Source: an uncultured Gemmatimonadales bacterium | GTDB lineage: Bacteria; ARS69 | Assembly (NCBI GenBank): GCA_963725045.1 | Contig: CAVRWY010000002.1 | Span: 238,864-302,863, forward strand | Reading direction: 5' to 3' | Length of the DNA stretch: 64,000 bases | In this document: positions 11,358 to 20,706 of the stretch, one piece after another | Position numbering within the stretch: position 1 is the first letter of the stretch | Layout of the letters: each line of letters opens with the position of its first letter | Program-made: the position numbers and the translations under genes | The notes under the pieces: generated by a model | The model's input: the letters and a program-made list of their open reading frames with translations, nothing else | What the model was told of the DNA's origin: nothing | The model's database searches: none

Positions 11358-11993
11358 ATGAAGGTGGCGTTCGCACAGGCGGACTTTCCGTTCGCCGAAA
11401 AGACGGCTCCGCTCGTGAAGCGCGTGGTCACGCGCCTCAAGATGACGCGCAAGCTTCAGAGCGTGATGATCGACGTCGTCGACTACGGTCCGCAGGCCGC
11501 GAAGAATCCCGCGGACTCGATCGAGGTCTACTCCAACGGCGGCGTTCGGCTCCATCTCAAGCTCGACCACTTTCTCAAAGAGAAGCATCGTCGCGATCCT
11601 CGCAAGCGCGACCTGAAATCTTCGGTGCACGCGAACGCGTTCGATTCGGCATCGACGCTGGAAGTCCTCTTCCGGCTGCTCCTCCAGTGGCGCGACGTCC
11701 AGGAGTGGGGCATTCCGGAGAATCAGGACGAGGAATTCCTCTGTCTCTGGAACGTGCACGTCGCCGGCCGTCTCGATCGGATGGACGCTCCCTCGGCGTC
11801 GAAGTCGGCGCACTGGGACGAGTTCCTCCGCGTCTTCTCCAACGGCCAGTCCATTCCCGAATACCTCGTGGTCTTCGAGGTGCTCTGGAAGTGCGACGAC
11901 CTGGGCATGTGGGGACTGAACGACATGCTCTATCGGCTGCGCACGACGCGCTACTACCGGCCACTCCACGCGGAGAAGTCCCGAGCGCGCTGA
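11358..11993 (+). CDS. Hypothetical cytoplasmic protein (211 aa)
   Basis: GGGAGG RBS; uninterrupted ORF with host-like codon usage and globular composition; no family recognised. Confidence 0.75.
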   Translation: MKVAFAQADFPFAEKTAPLVKRVVTRLKMTRKLQSVMIDVVDYGPQAAKNPADSIEVYSNGGVRLHLKLDHFLKEKHRRDPRKRDLKSSVHANAFDSASTLEVLFRLLLQWRDVQEWGIPENQDEEFLCLWNVHVAGRLDRMDAPSASKSAHWDEFLRVFSNGQSIPEYLVVFEVLWKCDDLGMWGLNDMLYRLRTTRYYRPLHAEKSRAR

Positions 11994-12026
11994 TCGCGCT
12001 CCGCCGAGCTCTCCCGCGCTCGCTCC

Positions 12027-12424
12027 GCCGATCTCCGGATCGCGTGGCCCGGATCCAACGGCACGGCGATTACCCAGGATGTGTTGGGGGCCGCAGTGCC
12101 GGGCCGGATCGTCGTGCACGAATCCGCCGGGGCAACCGGCGCTCCCGTGGTGACCGCAACCGCCCTCTGGACGATCGCGCCCAACCCCGCGCGTCAGACG
12201 GTGCGCATCGATCTCGCCGGTGCGCGCGGCGTCCCGACGGCGTTCGACGTCGTCGATGCGAGCGGGCGTCTTGCGGCTCGAATCGTTGCCAACGACGTGG
12301 GGGAAGGACCGAAGCGAGCTGGGATCTGCGCGACATCGGCGGGGAGCGCGTCGCACCCGGCGTGTATTTCGTGCGGCTCGCGAACGGCTCCGCGAATGCC
12401 GCCAGGATCGTCGTGATGCGCTGA
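12027..12424 (+). pseudogene. 3' remnant of an ASPIC/UnbV + FlgD-Ig secreted protein gene
   Basis: Reads ADLRIAWPGSNGTAITQDVLGAAVPGRIVVHESAGATGAP...PNPAR...SWDLRD...PGVYFVRL...RIVVMR (one frameshift). No signal peptide or clear start. Aligns by eye to the end of the 46483..48282 protein. Confidence 0.55.
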
Positions 12425-12553
12425 AACTTCCCGACTCTCCCGGCGGATCTCGAGCTCGAGGACGACTCTCCCTTGCCGGGCGATCGGGGTGCCCCTACTC
12501 TCCGACCTGTCGTCTCCTTCGCCGAATTCGACGGTTTCGCCGGGAGGGCGGGC

Positions 12554-13424
12554 ATGCGCGCATCGAGGTTCCAACGCGGAGTCGCCGCGCGCCTGCTCGC
12601 CGATCGCCCTGGCGCTCGGTTCTCCACTGGCGCTTTCGTGCTCGTCTCCGGCGGACGGCGTTCCTCCCCAATGGAGCGCGCTCGAGCCCAAGCTGCGAAC
12701 GCCGGATCTCGTCGATCGATTCGTGGAGGCGTCGCGGCTCCTTCTCGGAATCCCGTACGCCGGCGGTCCGCTCGGGGAAGGAGATGCCGGCGGTCCCGAT
12801 CCGGACCCGCGCGTCGACCTCTCCCGTGCGGATTGCGTGACCTATCTCGAAGAGTCGCTGGCGCTGGCACTTTCCGCGCGGCGGACGGAGAGCGAGTTCC
12901 TGCGCATTCTCGATGAGATTCGCTACGAGAACGGCGAGGTCGGATTCGTCACGCGCAACCACTTCACCATGCGCGATTGGGTGCCGGCGAACGCATGGCT
13001 CCTCGACGACGTGACCACCGAAGTCGGCGGGAAGAGCGTGGAGACGGTGCGCAAGACCATCGACCGCGCCACGTTCCTGCGTGATCAAGGGGCCGAGCCT
13101 CGCCCCGGTCTCGATGATCCCGGAACGATCGAGTTCGCGATGATTCCGACCGCGGCGATCGCCGCATCCGGCGACGGTTTGCGCAGCGGAGACCTCGTGC
13201 TCTGGGTGGCGAAGAAAGACGGATTGGACATCGCGCACACGGCGCTGCTGGTGCGCGATCCCAAGACGGGCGCGCTGCTCCAGCGGCACGCGTCGTCGCG
13301 CGCCGGCAAAGTCGTGGACGAGCCGCTCGCGGAGTATGCGGCGCGCGCGAAGTTCGCAACCGGCATCGTGGTCCTGCGCGTGAAACCGGAAGCCGCCCTG
13401 CCCGGCGTCACGGGAGACGAGTGA
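12554..13424 (+). CDS. DUF1460 / NlpC-P60-related N-acetylmuramoyl-L-alanine amidase-like lipoprotein (frameshift near 12600)
   Basis: LGIPY...LGEG...DCVTYLE, RNHF, GLDIAH and HASS motifs; lipobox LALSC; GGAGG RBS before ATG 12554. Confidence 0.85.
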
Positions 13425-13428
13425 GCCC

Positions 13429-14813
13429 TTGATTCGAGGGCATCTTCTCCTCTTCGAAGACGAGACGGCTTGCCGCTTCGAGCCGGTCGCATTGTTTCGA
13501 TCGGTCGGCGAGCTTCGAGTCGGAGTGTGGACGCATCGCGAGAGATGGGAGCGCCTGTTCCCCGATCGCGAGGTGGGCATCCTCTGCCGCGGCGATCTCG
13601 CGCCCTTGGAGCGAGAAGCTGGGCACTGCGCTCGTGTGGTGCCGGGCGGGGAGAGTGAATCAGGTGCTCGCGCCGACGCGCCGGACACTTTGTTCATCGC
13701 CGCTGCGCTCGGCCGCCCTTCGCCGAAATTCTCCGCCGAGATCCGCACGCTGGAGGCCGGTGTCGCGCTTCTCGCGAACGGGAGACTCGTAGCCGCGCGC
13801 GCGTCCGGCGATCGAGCGGCGCGGCTCATCGCCCGCCTGATGCGTGCCGCCGGGCGCTCGATCCTGGATGCGAGCCGCGGAGATCCGGATCCCGCATGGT
13901 CCACCGATCTCGCCGCGCTGGGCTTCGACGTCCGCGACACTTCGGCTCCCGCGGACGCTGCCGTCCCCGCGACGCTGGCGGACCTGGTGAGCGGCTCCGC
14001 CTCCGCGATCGCCGAAGACTTCGAAGCCTACGTCCACGCGATGCCCGAGCCGGCGGCGCACGCATTCCCCGGCACTCACTTCCTTCGTCCGGAGCGCATT
14101 CGCCTCGGAGGCGACGTCCGCGTGGATCCCGGGGTCGTCCTCGACGCGCGCGACGGCCCGATCCTGATCGGCCCCGACGTGCACGTGATGTCGAACGCGG
14201 TGATCGCCGGCCCCGTTGCGATCGGGCGCGCCACTCTGGTGAAGCCGGGCGCTCGAATCGCTCACGCCACCTGTATTGGACCGGTGTGCAAAGTCGGCGG
14301 CGAGATCGAGGGATCGATCGTGCAGGGATTCTCCAACAAACAGCACGACGGCTTTCTGGGCCATTCGTATCTGGGCTCCTGGGTGAACCTCGGCGCCGCC
14401 ACGGACACTTCGGATCTCAAGAACAACTACGGCGAGGTGCGAATCGTCGTGGCCGGCCGAGAGATCGCGACCGGCTCGCGACATGTGGGCAGCTTCATCG
14501 GCGACCACAGCAAGACCGGCATTCACACGATGCTGAACACGGGCACGGTGGTCGGTGCGTTCGCCAACGTGTTCGGCGCCGGCTTCCCCCCAAGGAAATC
14601 CCGAGCTTCGCGTGGGGCGGCGATGGCGCCTGGCAGGAACATCGACTGGACAAGGCCTGTCGAGTGGCAGGGACCGTGCTCTCCCGCCGCGGGGAAAAGG
14701 CGTCCGCCGCGTTCGAGGATCTGGCGCTCCGCGTGTTCGAGGCCACGGCCTCCCGCCGCCGGGCCTGGTTGTCGCAATTCGACCCCTTCGATGCTAGAAT
14801 GGTCGCGGACTGA
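13429..14813 (+). CDS. GlmU-like putative sugar nucleotidyltransferase with hexapeptide (LbH) domain (frameshift near 14590)
   Basis: LFED...R.VGELRVG N-terminus; CKVGGEIE, SNKQHDGFLGHSYLGSWVNLGA, SDLKNNY, GDHSKTGI and LNTG motifs. Confidence 0.88.
14792..14800 (+). promoter_or_regulatory. Extended -10 promoter element candidate
   Basis: TGCTAGAAT about 95 nt upstream of the ATG at 14894. Confidence 0.35.
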
Positions 14814-14893
14814 GCGTTCCGCGATCCCTCCAGACTCCTCCCCTGGGCGCTCGGACAGCTAGCCGTTTCACCCATCTCCTTCGGGGGGTTCCG

Positions 14894-17312
14894 ATGCCGT
14901 TTGGTTCCACGGGCCGGCGTCTTTTCACGCTCGCCCTCTCGATCCTCGCTTCGTTCGTCGCCGCTCCTCCATCGTCGGCGCAGATCTACGATTCGGACAA
15001 CGTGGTCCTTCTCTCTCACCGCGATGAGTTCAGCGGCTACAGCGACATTTGGGGCTTCGTCGGGAACAACGGTCGCGAGTACGTCATCCTGCACACCACC
15101 ACCAGCTCGGCCTGGTACGACGTCGAGGACCCGGTTCATCCGGTCCTGGTCAAAGTGATCTCCGGTCCGCCCAGCTCGTGGCGGGATGCGTTCGACATCG
15201 GGAACTACGTGTACCTCGGGACGGAAGGCGGCGGCGGGATCCAGATCGTCGACATCAACAATCCCGCGAATCCCACGCTCGTCGGCGTGTATAACGCGAC
15301 CGTGGGGAACTCCCACACCGTGTTCGGCGATCGTGCGCGCAAGCTCCTCTACGTGATGGGCGGCAATGCGGACAACGCCAACGGCGGCTTGCAGATCCTC
15401 GATTGCACGAACCCCACGAATCTCGTCGAAATCGGACGCTGGGACAACGAGTACGTGCACGACGGATCGGTCGAGGGAAACATCGTCCACGTGAATCTCA
15501 TCAACGTCGGGAGATTCCGTCTCCTCAATCTGAACAATCCCGCGAACCCCGTCGGCCTCGGCACCGCGTTCTTTGATCCTACGGGGGCTTCGCACTCGTC
15601 GTGGCCCTTCGGCGACGGCGCGCACGTGATGATCACCGAGGAAACGACCGGCGGGCGCGTCAAGGTCGTGAACGTCTCCGTTCCCACCGCGATCACCGTC
15701 GTCGACGACTACAATCCCGCGCCGACCACCTCGTCGCACAATCCGCACATCCAGGGCAACATGGCGGCGGTCTCGTGGTACACGCGCGGCACGCGCCTGC
15801 TGGACATCTCCACGCCGGCCAACGTCACCGAGATCGGGTACTTCGACACGTTTCCGCAGAACGGCGGCACGTACTCGGGGAACTGGGGCACGTTCCCGCA
15901 CTTCCCGAGCGGGTTGATCGCTTCGAGCGACATCTCCAACGGGCTCTTCTTGATGCAGTACGACGCGAACGCCGGCAGAATCGACGGCACCGTGTCGTCT
16001 TCGGCGGGCGGCTTCCTGGCGAACGCGACGGTCGAGTACACGAACCTCGAGCTGACCCAGACCACCGGCACCAACGGCCAGTACCGGTTCGCGTGCTTCC
16101 CGGGAGCGGGAAACATCGTCGACTTCTCCGCGTTCGGTCACGTGCCCACGTCGATCAACGTGAACGTCGCGCCGAACGGCACGGTGACGACCCCGGTGGT
16201 GATGACGAAGCTGCCGGCGGGCGGACTCTCGGGAACGGTGACGAACTCGATCACGGCTCGCGCCGATCCAGGCGGTCGAGCTCTCCCTCGTGGGGACCCC
16301 GCTCACCACGACCACGAACGCGGCGGGGCAGTACTCCTTCCCCGACGTTCCCTCGGGCGCGTATCAGCTCCGCGTGCTCCGCTACGGCTTCTTCGTTCCG
16401 CCGAATTTCTCCGTGACGATCACGACAGGAAACATCACGACGCGGAACATCGCGTTGGATCCGGCTCCGGTGTACGAGGACTTCGCTGCGGTTCCGGGCT
16501 GGACCGTGAACAGCGACCCCTCGACCTCGAGCGGCATCTGGGTGTTCGGCGAGCCCTTCGGAACGTATTCGAACGGCGTGCCGTTCCAAACCGAGTTCGA
16601 TCACACGCTCGATCCCGAGAACCAATGCGCGATTACCGGGAATGCATCCGTCGGGGGACTCGGCGATGACGACGTGGACAACGGCGCGACGCGGCTCGTC
16701 TCGCCCGCCTTCAATCTCTCCTCGATGAGCGAACCGCACGTCTTCTACTACCGCTGGTACGCCCAGACGGAAGAAGGGGACGAGTTCGTCGTCGAGGCGA
16801 CGGGCAACGGCGGTGCCAGCTGGGTGGAGCTCGAAGGCACGTCGGTGAACGAGCCGAACTGGATCGGACGCGATTTCGACCTGAGCGGTCTTCTCGGGTC
16901 GTACAACGCGGTCCAGATCCGTTTCACGGCACAGGATCTCGGCCAAGGTCAGGTCGTCGAAGCGGCGGTCGACGACTTCACCATCTACGACGGCGGCTCG
17001 GCCACCGGGGTACCGCACGTGGATGCGCCGCGCATCCCGCTCGAGCTTTCGCAGAACGTCCCGAACCCGTTTGCGACCGTGACCGGAATCGCGTTCTCGA
17101 TTCCCGCGAAGACGCACGTGCAGCTTTCCGTGTTCGACGTGGCGGGACGGCGCATTGCCGTGCTGCAGGACGGCGAGCTGGAAGCGGGCGCGCACAGCGT
17201 GGTGTGGGACGGAAACGATTTCACCGGGAAGCGCGTCGCCAGCGGCGTGTACTTCTCCCAGCTGGTCACCGACGACCAGATTCGCACACGTAAGATGGTC
17301 CGGCTCGACTGA
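14894..17312 (+). CDS. Choice-of-anchor B (LVIVD-repeat) secreted protein with carboxypeptidase-regulatory-like domains and FlgD-Ig CTD; copy 1 (frameshift near 16262)
   Basis: Signal peptide; YSDIWGF..GREY, SWRD, YVHD, SHNPH, SWYTRG and WGTFPHFPSG motifs; GTV..AGQY repeats; DDDVDNG domain; PNPF...WDG...GVYF. Confidence 0.85.
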
Positions 17313-17335
17313 GCCCTTTCGTGAGGGTCCACGTC

Positions 17336-19753
17336 ATGCGCAACTTGCTTCGAACGAAGGGAACGTGGGCTCTCGCTTTGAGCGGGGCGGTGCTCGCGGT
17401 GGGCGGCTTCGATACGGCCGGAGCGGCCGTGAATGTGCTCTTCCATGCACAGCTCGACGAACACGTCGCTTACGCGAACATTTGGGGCTACACCGACCCT
17501 CAAGGTCGGGAATACGCACTCCTCGGGGCCACCACCGGACTTGCGGTGGTGAACCTCGAGGACCCGGCGAATCCCTACGAGACGGGATTCATTCCCGGTC
17601 CCACGTCCACGTGGCGTGAAGTGGTGTCGTACTCCCACTACGCCTACGTCGTCACCGAGGCCGGCGGAGGTCTCGAGATCGTGGATCTCGCGAATCCGGA
17701 AAACCCGGTGGGACTTGCGAACTACACCGGGTTCGACTCGGCCCATTCGATTCGCATCGATGCGGCCACGGCGCGCTGTTTCATCAACGGCTCCAACTTG
17801 GGCGCGGGCGGCATCCGGGTTCTCTCCCTCGCCAATCCGGTCGCTCCGGTGGAGATCGGGAGCTGGGAAACCCGCTACGTCCACGACTGCCACAAGGACG
17901 GAAACCGCATCTACGCGGCGTGCATCTTCGACGAACGATGCGACATCTTGAACGCCACGAATCCTTCTCCGCCGGCGACGCCCCTCGCATCGATCATGAA
18001 TTATCCCGACGCGTTCACGCACAACGCCTGGACCACCAGCGACGGCAACTACGTGATGACCACGGACGAGACCAGTGGGTCCAGCGTGCGGCTCTGGAAC
18101 GTGACGAATCTGTTGAACATCACGCAAGCCGATGCGTACCGGGCCACTCCGACGGCGCCGATTCCGCACAACGTGCACATCGACGGGGAGCTCGCTTACG
18201 TCTCCCACTACACGATCGGCGTCAAGATCCTGGACCTGACCAACCGCACCGACGTGGTCGAAGTCGCTTCCTACGACACCTACGCGCCGAACGACGGCGG
18301 GACGTTCGACGGATGCTGGGGCGTATTCCCGTACTTCGGCACGCACCCGAATCTCTTCGTCGCGAGTGACATTCAGGGCGGGCTCTTCGTCCTCGAGCAC
18401 GTTCCCAGCTCCGGAAACGTGACCGGAGAAGTGACCAAGGCCGGTGAGCCGGCGACGAAGATCGCCGGGGCCTCCGTGCAGGTGTTGGGAGGCGGTGCGC
18501 CCGTGCTCACCAACGACTTGGGTCAGTACGCGCTGGTCGCGCCGGCCGGTGCCCAGACCTTGGTGGTCTCCGCGTTCGGGTATCAGACGCAGCAGCTTCC
18601 GATCAACGTCAACGGCGGCGGCTCAATCATCGTGAACGTCGCCCTCCAGTCTCTGGGAGGCGGAATCGAAGGAACGGTGACGAACCAGATCACCTCCGCC
18701 CCGATCGCCGGAGCTCGCGTGCAGGTGCAATCGACGCCGCTGTCCCTGTTCACGAACGGTGCGGGACACTACGATTTCCCGTCCGTGCCGGCGGGTCCGC
18801 AGACGCTGATCGCCACGGCGTTCGGCTTCAACGGAAAGCGCATCGATATGAACGTGGTCGTGGGTTCCGAGTACACGATCAATTTCGCGCTTCCCGCGGC
18901 GCCGGTGTTCACGCCGTTCGAGAGCGGAGCCGGACTGTGGGCCATCACCGGGATCAACGGCGTTTCGGTCGGTCGGTGGCAGATCGGGAATCCCGAACCG
19001 ACCAACGGAGGCACCGTCCAAACCGGAGACGACCACACTGCTTCCCCCGGCGTGAATGCCTGGATCACCGGGCTCAGCGGCGGAGGCATCGGGGACAATG
19101 ACGTCGACGGGGGTGCCACGATCCTCACCTCGCCGATGTTCAGCACGATCGGGATGACGAATCCGCGCGTGAGCTACTGGCGCTGGTACGTGAGCGGAGT
19201 GACCACGAATCCGACGACGGACTTCTGGACCGTGGAGCTCACCACGAACGGCGGAGCGAATTGGATCGCGATCGAGAACACCGACGTGGCCACGCCTGCC
19301 TGGGTGAACGTCGACATTCCGCTGGGTCCTCCCTCGGGACTGACGCAGTTCAAGTTCACGGCACGCGACACCGGTCAGGGCTCGATCACCGAGGCGGGTC
19401 TCGACGACTTCATGCTCTACGAGGTCACGACCCAACCCGGGACGGATGCGCCGGTCGTGCTCCCCGGCGGCAAGCTTCGCTTGGATGCTCCGCGGCCGAA
19501 CCCGTTCCGCCTCGGTGAGTCCGCGACGCTGAGCTTCTCGCTTCCGAGCTCGGGGCCGGTCCACGTCCAGGTGTTCGACGTCTCCGGCCGCCGCGTGGCG
19601 ACTCTCTTGGAGTCGGTGTTGGGCGCCGGAACCTATCGGGTAACGTGGGACGGAAGAACCGAAGCAGGTGCTCCCGTTCCCGCGGGCGTTTACTTCGTGA
19701 AGCTCGACTCACCCGATGGAAAAGCCTCCCAGAGAACGCTGCTTTTGCGCTGA
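17336..19753 (+). CDS. Choice-of-anchor B secreted protein with FlgD-Ig CTD; copy 2
   Basis: Intact ORF with the same architecture as copy 1 (NIWGY..GREY, TWRE, YVHD, PHNVH, SHYTIG, WGVFPYF, DNDVDGG, PNPF...GVYFVKL). Confidence 0.88.
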   Translation: MRNLLRTKGTWALALSGAVLAVGGFDTAGAAVNVLFHAQLDEHVAYANIWGYTDPQGREYALLGATTGLAVVNLEDPANPYETGFIPGPTSTWREVVSYSHYAYVVTEAGGGLEIVDLANPENPVGLANYTGFDSAHSIRIDAATARCFINGSNLGAGGIRVLSLANPVAPVEIGSWETRYVHDCHKDGNRIYAACIFDERCDILNATNPSPPATPLASIMNYPDAFTHNAWTTSDGNYVMTTDETSGSSVRLWNVTNLLNITQADAYRATPTAPIPHNVHIDGELAYVSHYTIGVKILDLTNRTDVVEVASYDTYAPNDGGTFDGCWGVFPYFGTHPNLFVASDIQGGLFVLEHVPSSGNVTGEVTKAGEPATKIAGASVQVLGGGAPVLTNDLGQYALVAPAGAQTLVVSAFGYQTQQLPINVNGGGSIIVNVALQSLGGGIEGTVTNQITSAPIAGARVQVQSTPLSLFTNGAGHYDFPSVPAGPQTLIATAFGFNGKRIDMNVVVGSEYTINFALPAAPVFTPFESGAGLWAITGINGVSVGRWQIGNPEPTNGGTVQTGDDHTASPGVNAWITGLSGGGIGDNDVDGGATILTSPMFSTIGMTNPRVSYWRWYVSGVTTNPTTDFWTVELTTNGGANWIAIENTDVATPAWVNVDIPLGPPSGLTQFKFTARDTGQGSITEAGLDDFMLYEVTTQPGTDAPVVLPGGKLRLDAPRPNPFRLGESATLSFSLPSSGPVHVQVFDVSGRRVATLLESVLGAGTYRVTWDGRTEAGAPVPAGVYFVKLDSPDGKASQRTLLLR

Positions 19754-19782
19754 CCAGCTCGCCGCGAGCTTGCGCGCCGAAG

Positions 19783-19824
19783 AGGCGGGCGCCCGGTGGA
19801 TGCCGGGCCCCGCCTTTTTCTTTT
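19783..19824 (+). terminator. Rho-independent terminator
   Basis: AGGCGGG-CGCCCGG...CCGGGC-CCCGCCT stem followed by TTTTCTTTT. Confidence 0.8.
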
Positions 19825-19864
19825 CCCCCCGCTTCGAATCACCGCCGGACCGCGATTTTTCTCG

Positions 19865-19900
19865 TTGACCAATACTATGATAATCGAATAGAACCATAAG
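19865..19900 (+). promoter_or_regulatory. AT-rich sigma70-like promoter/operator of MarR gene
   Basis: TTGACC at 19865, TAGAAC 18 nt later, strongly AT-rich patch, ATG at 19903 (very short leader). Confidence 0.45.
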
Positions 19901-19902
19901 GT

Positions 19903-20382
19903 ATGAGAACTGAGATTATTCATATTATCGACCGAGTGGACCGTCTCGGCGAACGCAGGGAGTCCTACCGGCGTCAGCTCGCCGAGCGCCATCGGCTGAC
20001 GCCGCCGCTCCTGCTGCTGCTGCGGCTGCTGGAAAGCCACCCGGGTCTGACCATGGTCGACCTGGCGCGGATGCTCGGCGTGTCGGTGCCGACGATGCAG
20101 AGCCGCATGAATCGGCTGGACGAGCTGGGGTTGATTCAGCGGACCCGCAGCGAGGAGGATCGCCGCCGGGTGCCGACGGAGCTGACGGCACGGGGAAAGG
20201 GAATGCTTCGCCGGGTTCCGCTGGCGGGCGCGGGCCGGCTCCTGGACGCGCTCGAACGCGGGGAAGTGACCCCGCGCCGGCTTCGCCGAATCGCGGAGGA
20301 GCTCGACGGAGTGGAGCGCCTTCTCTTCCCTGAAGAGGCGCAGCGAGGGCCGACCCGAGCGCCGGCCATCTGGCGGAGGTGA
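19903..20382 (+). CDS. MarR family transcriptional regulator
   Basis: LT...LL..L...PGLTMVDLARMLGVSVPTMQSRMNRLDELGLIQRTRSEEDRRRV...LTARG winged-helix pattern. Confidence 0.9.
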   Translation: MRTEIIHIIDRVDRLGERRESYRRQLAERHRLTPPLLLLLRLLESHPGLTMVDLARMLGVSVPTMQSRMNRLDELGLIQRTRSEEDRRRVPTELTARGKGMLRRVPLAGAGRLLDALERGEVTPRRLRRIAEELDGVERLLFPEEAQRGPTRAPAIWRR

Positions 20383-20389
20383 CGACGAC

Positions 20390-20508
20390 CTGAAGACTGG
20401 TTGAGTGACCCGGAGTCTCTTGAGGGGTGAGGAAGTGTGCGGTGTACCGGTCGAGGCCCCCGAAGGCCTTCGAGCCCGGGAAGAGAAGGCTCCGGGTCCA
20501 GTCTTCAG
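20390..20508. ncRNA. Candidate structured RNA or miniature inverted-repeat element (119 nt)
   Basis: Nested stems CTGAAGACTGG/CCAGTCTTCAG, GACCCGGAG/CTCCGGGTC, TCTCTT/AAGAGA and an apical CCGG-TCGA-GGCC stem; family not recognised. Confidence 0.4.
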
Positions 20509-20706
20509 TGGAGAAAATGGGGGCGCGCCAAGCGCTCCATGAGGCGGCGGCCCTTTCCCGCCCGCCCTGCAAACGCTGGCGTTACGGAACAGGGCCTGCC
20601 GCCTCTTGTGTTCGCCGAACCAGCCCCGCTAGAATCCGCGTCGACGCCTCGGGTGGGCAGAGTCCTCCCCGAACCCCCAAGCCCCGATTCAGGAGGCCCC
20701 TCGCCG

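Noticed and set aside
11991-11993. Selenocysteine or stop-readthrough fusion to the downstream CTD
   Set aside because: The upstream protein has no signal peptide, the TGA is not in a redox motif and no convincing SECIS follows; a gene remnant is simpler.
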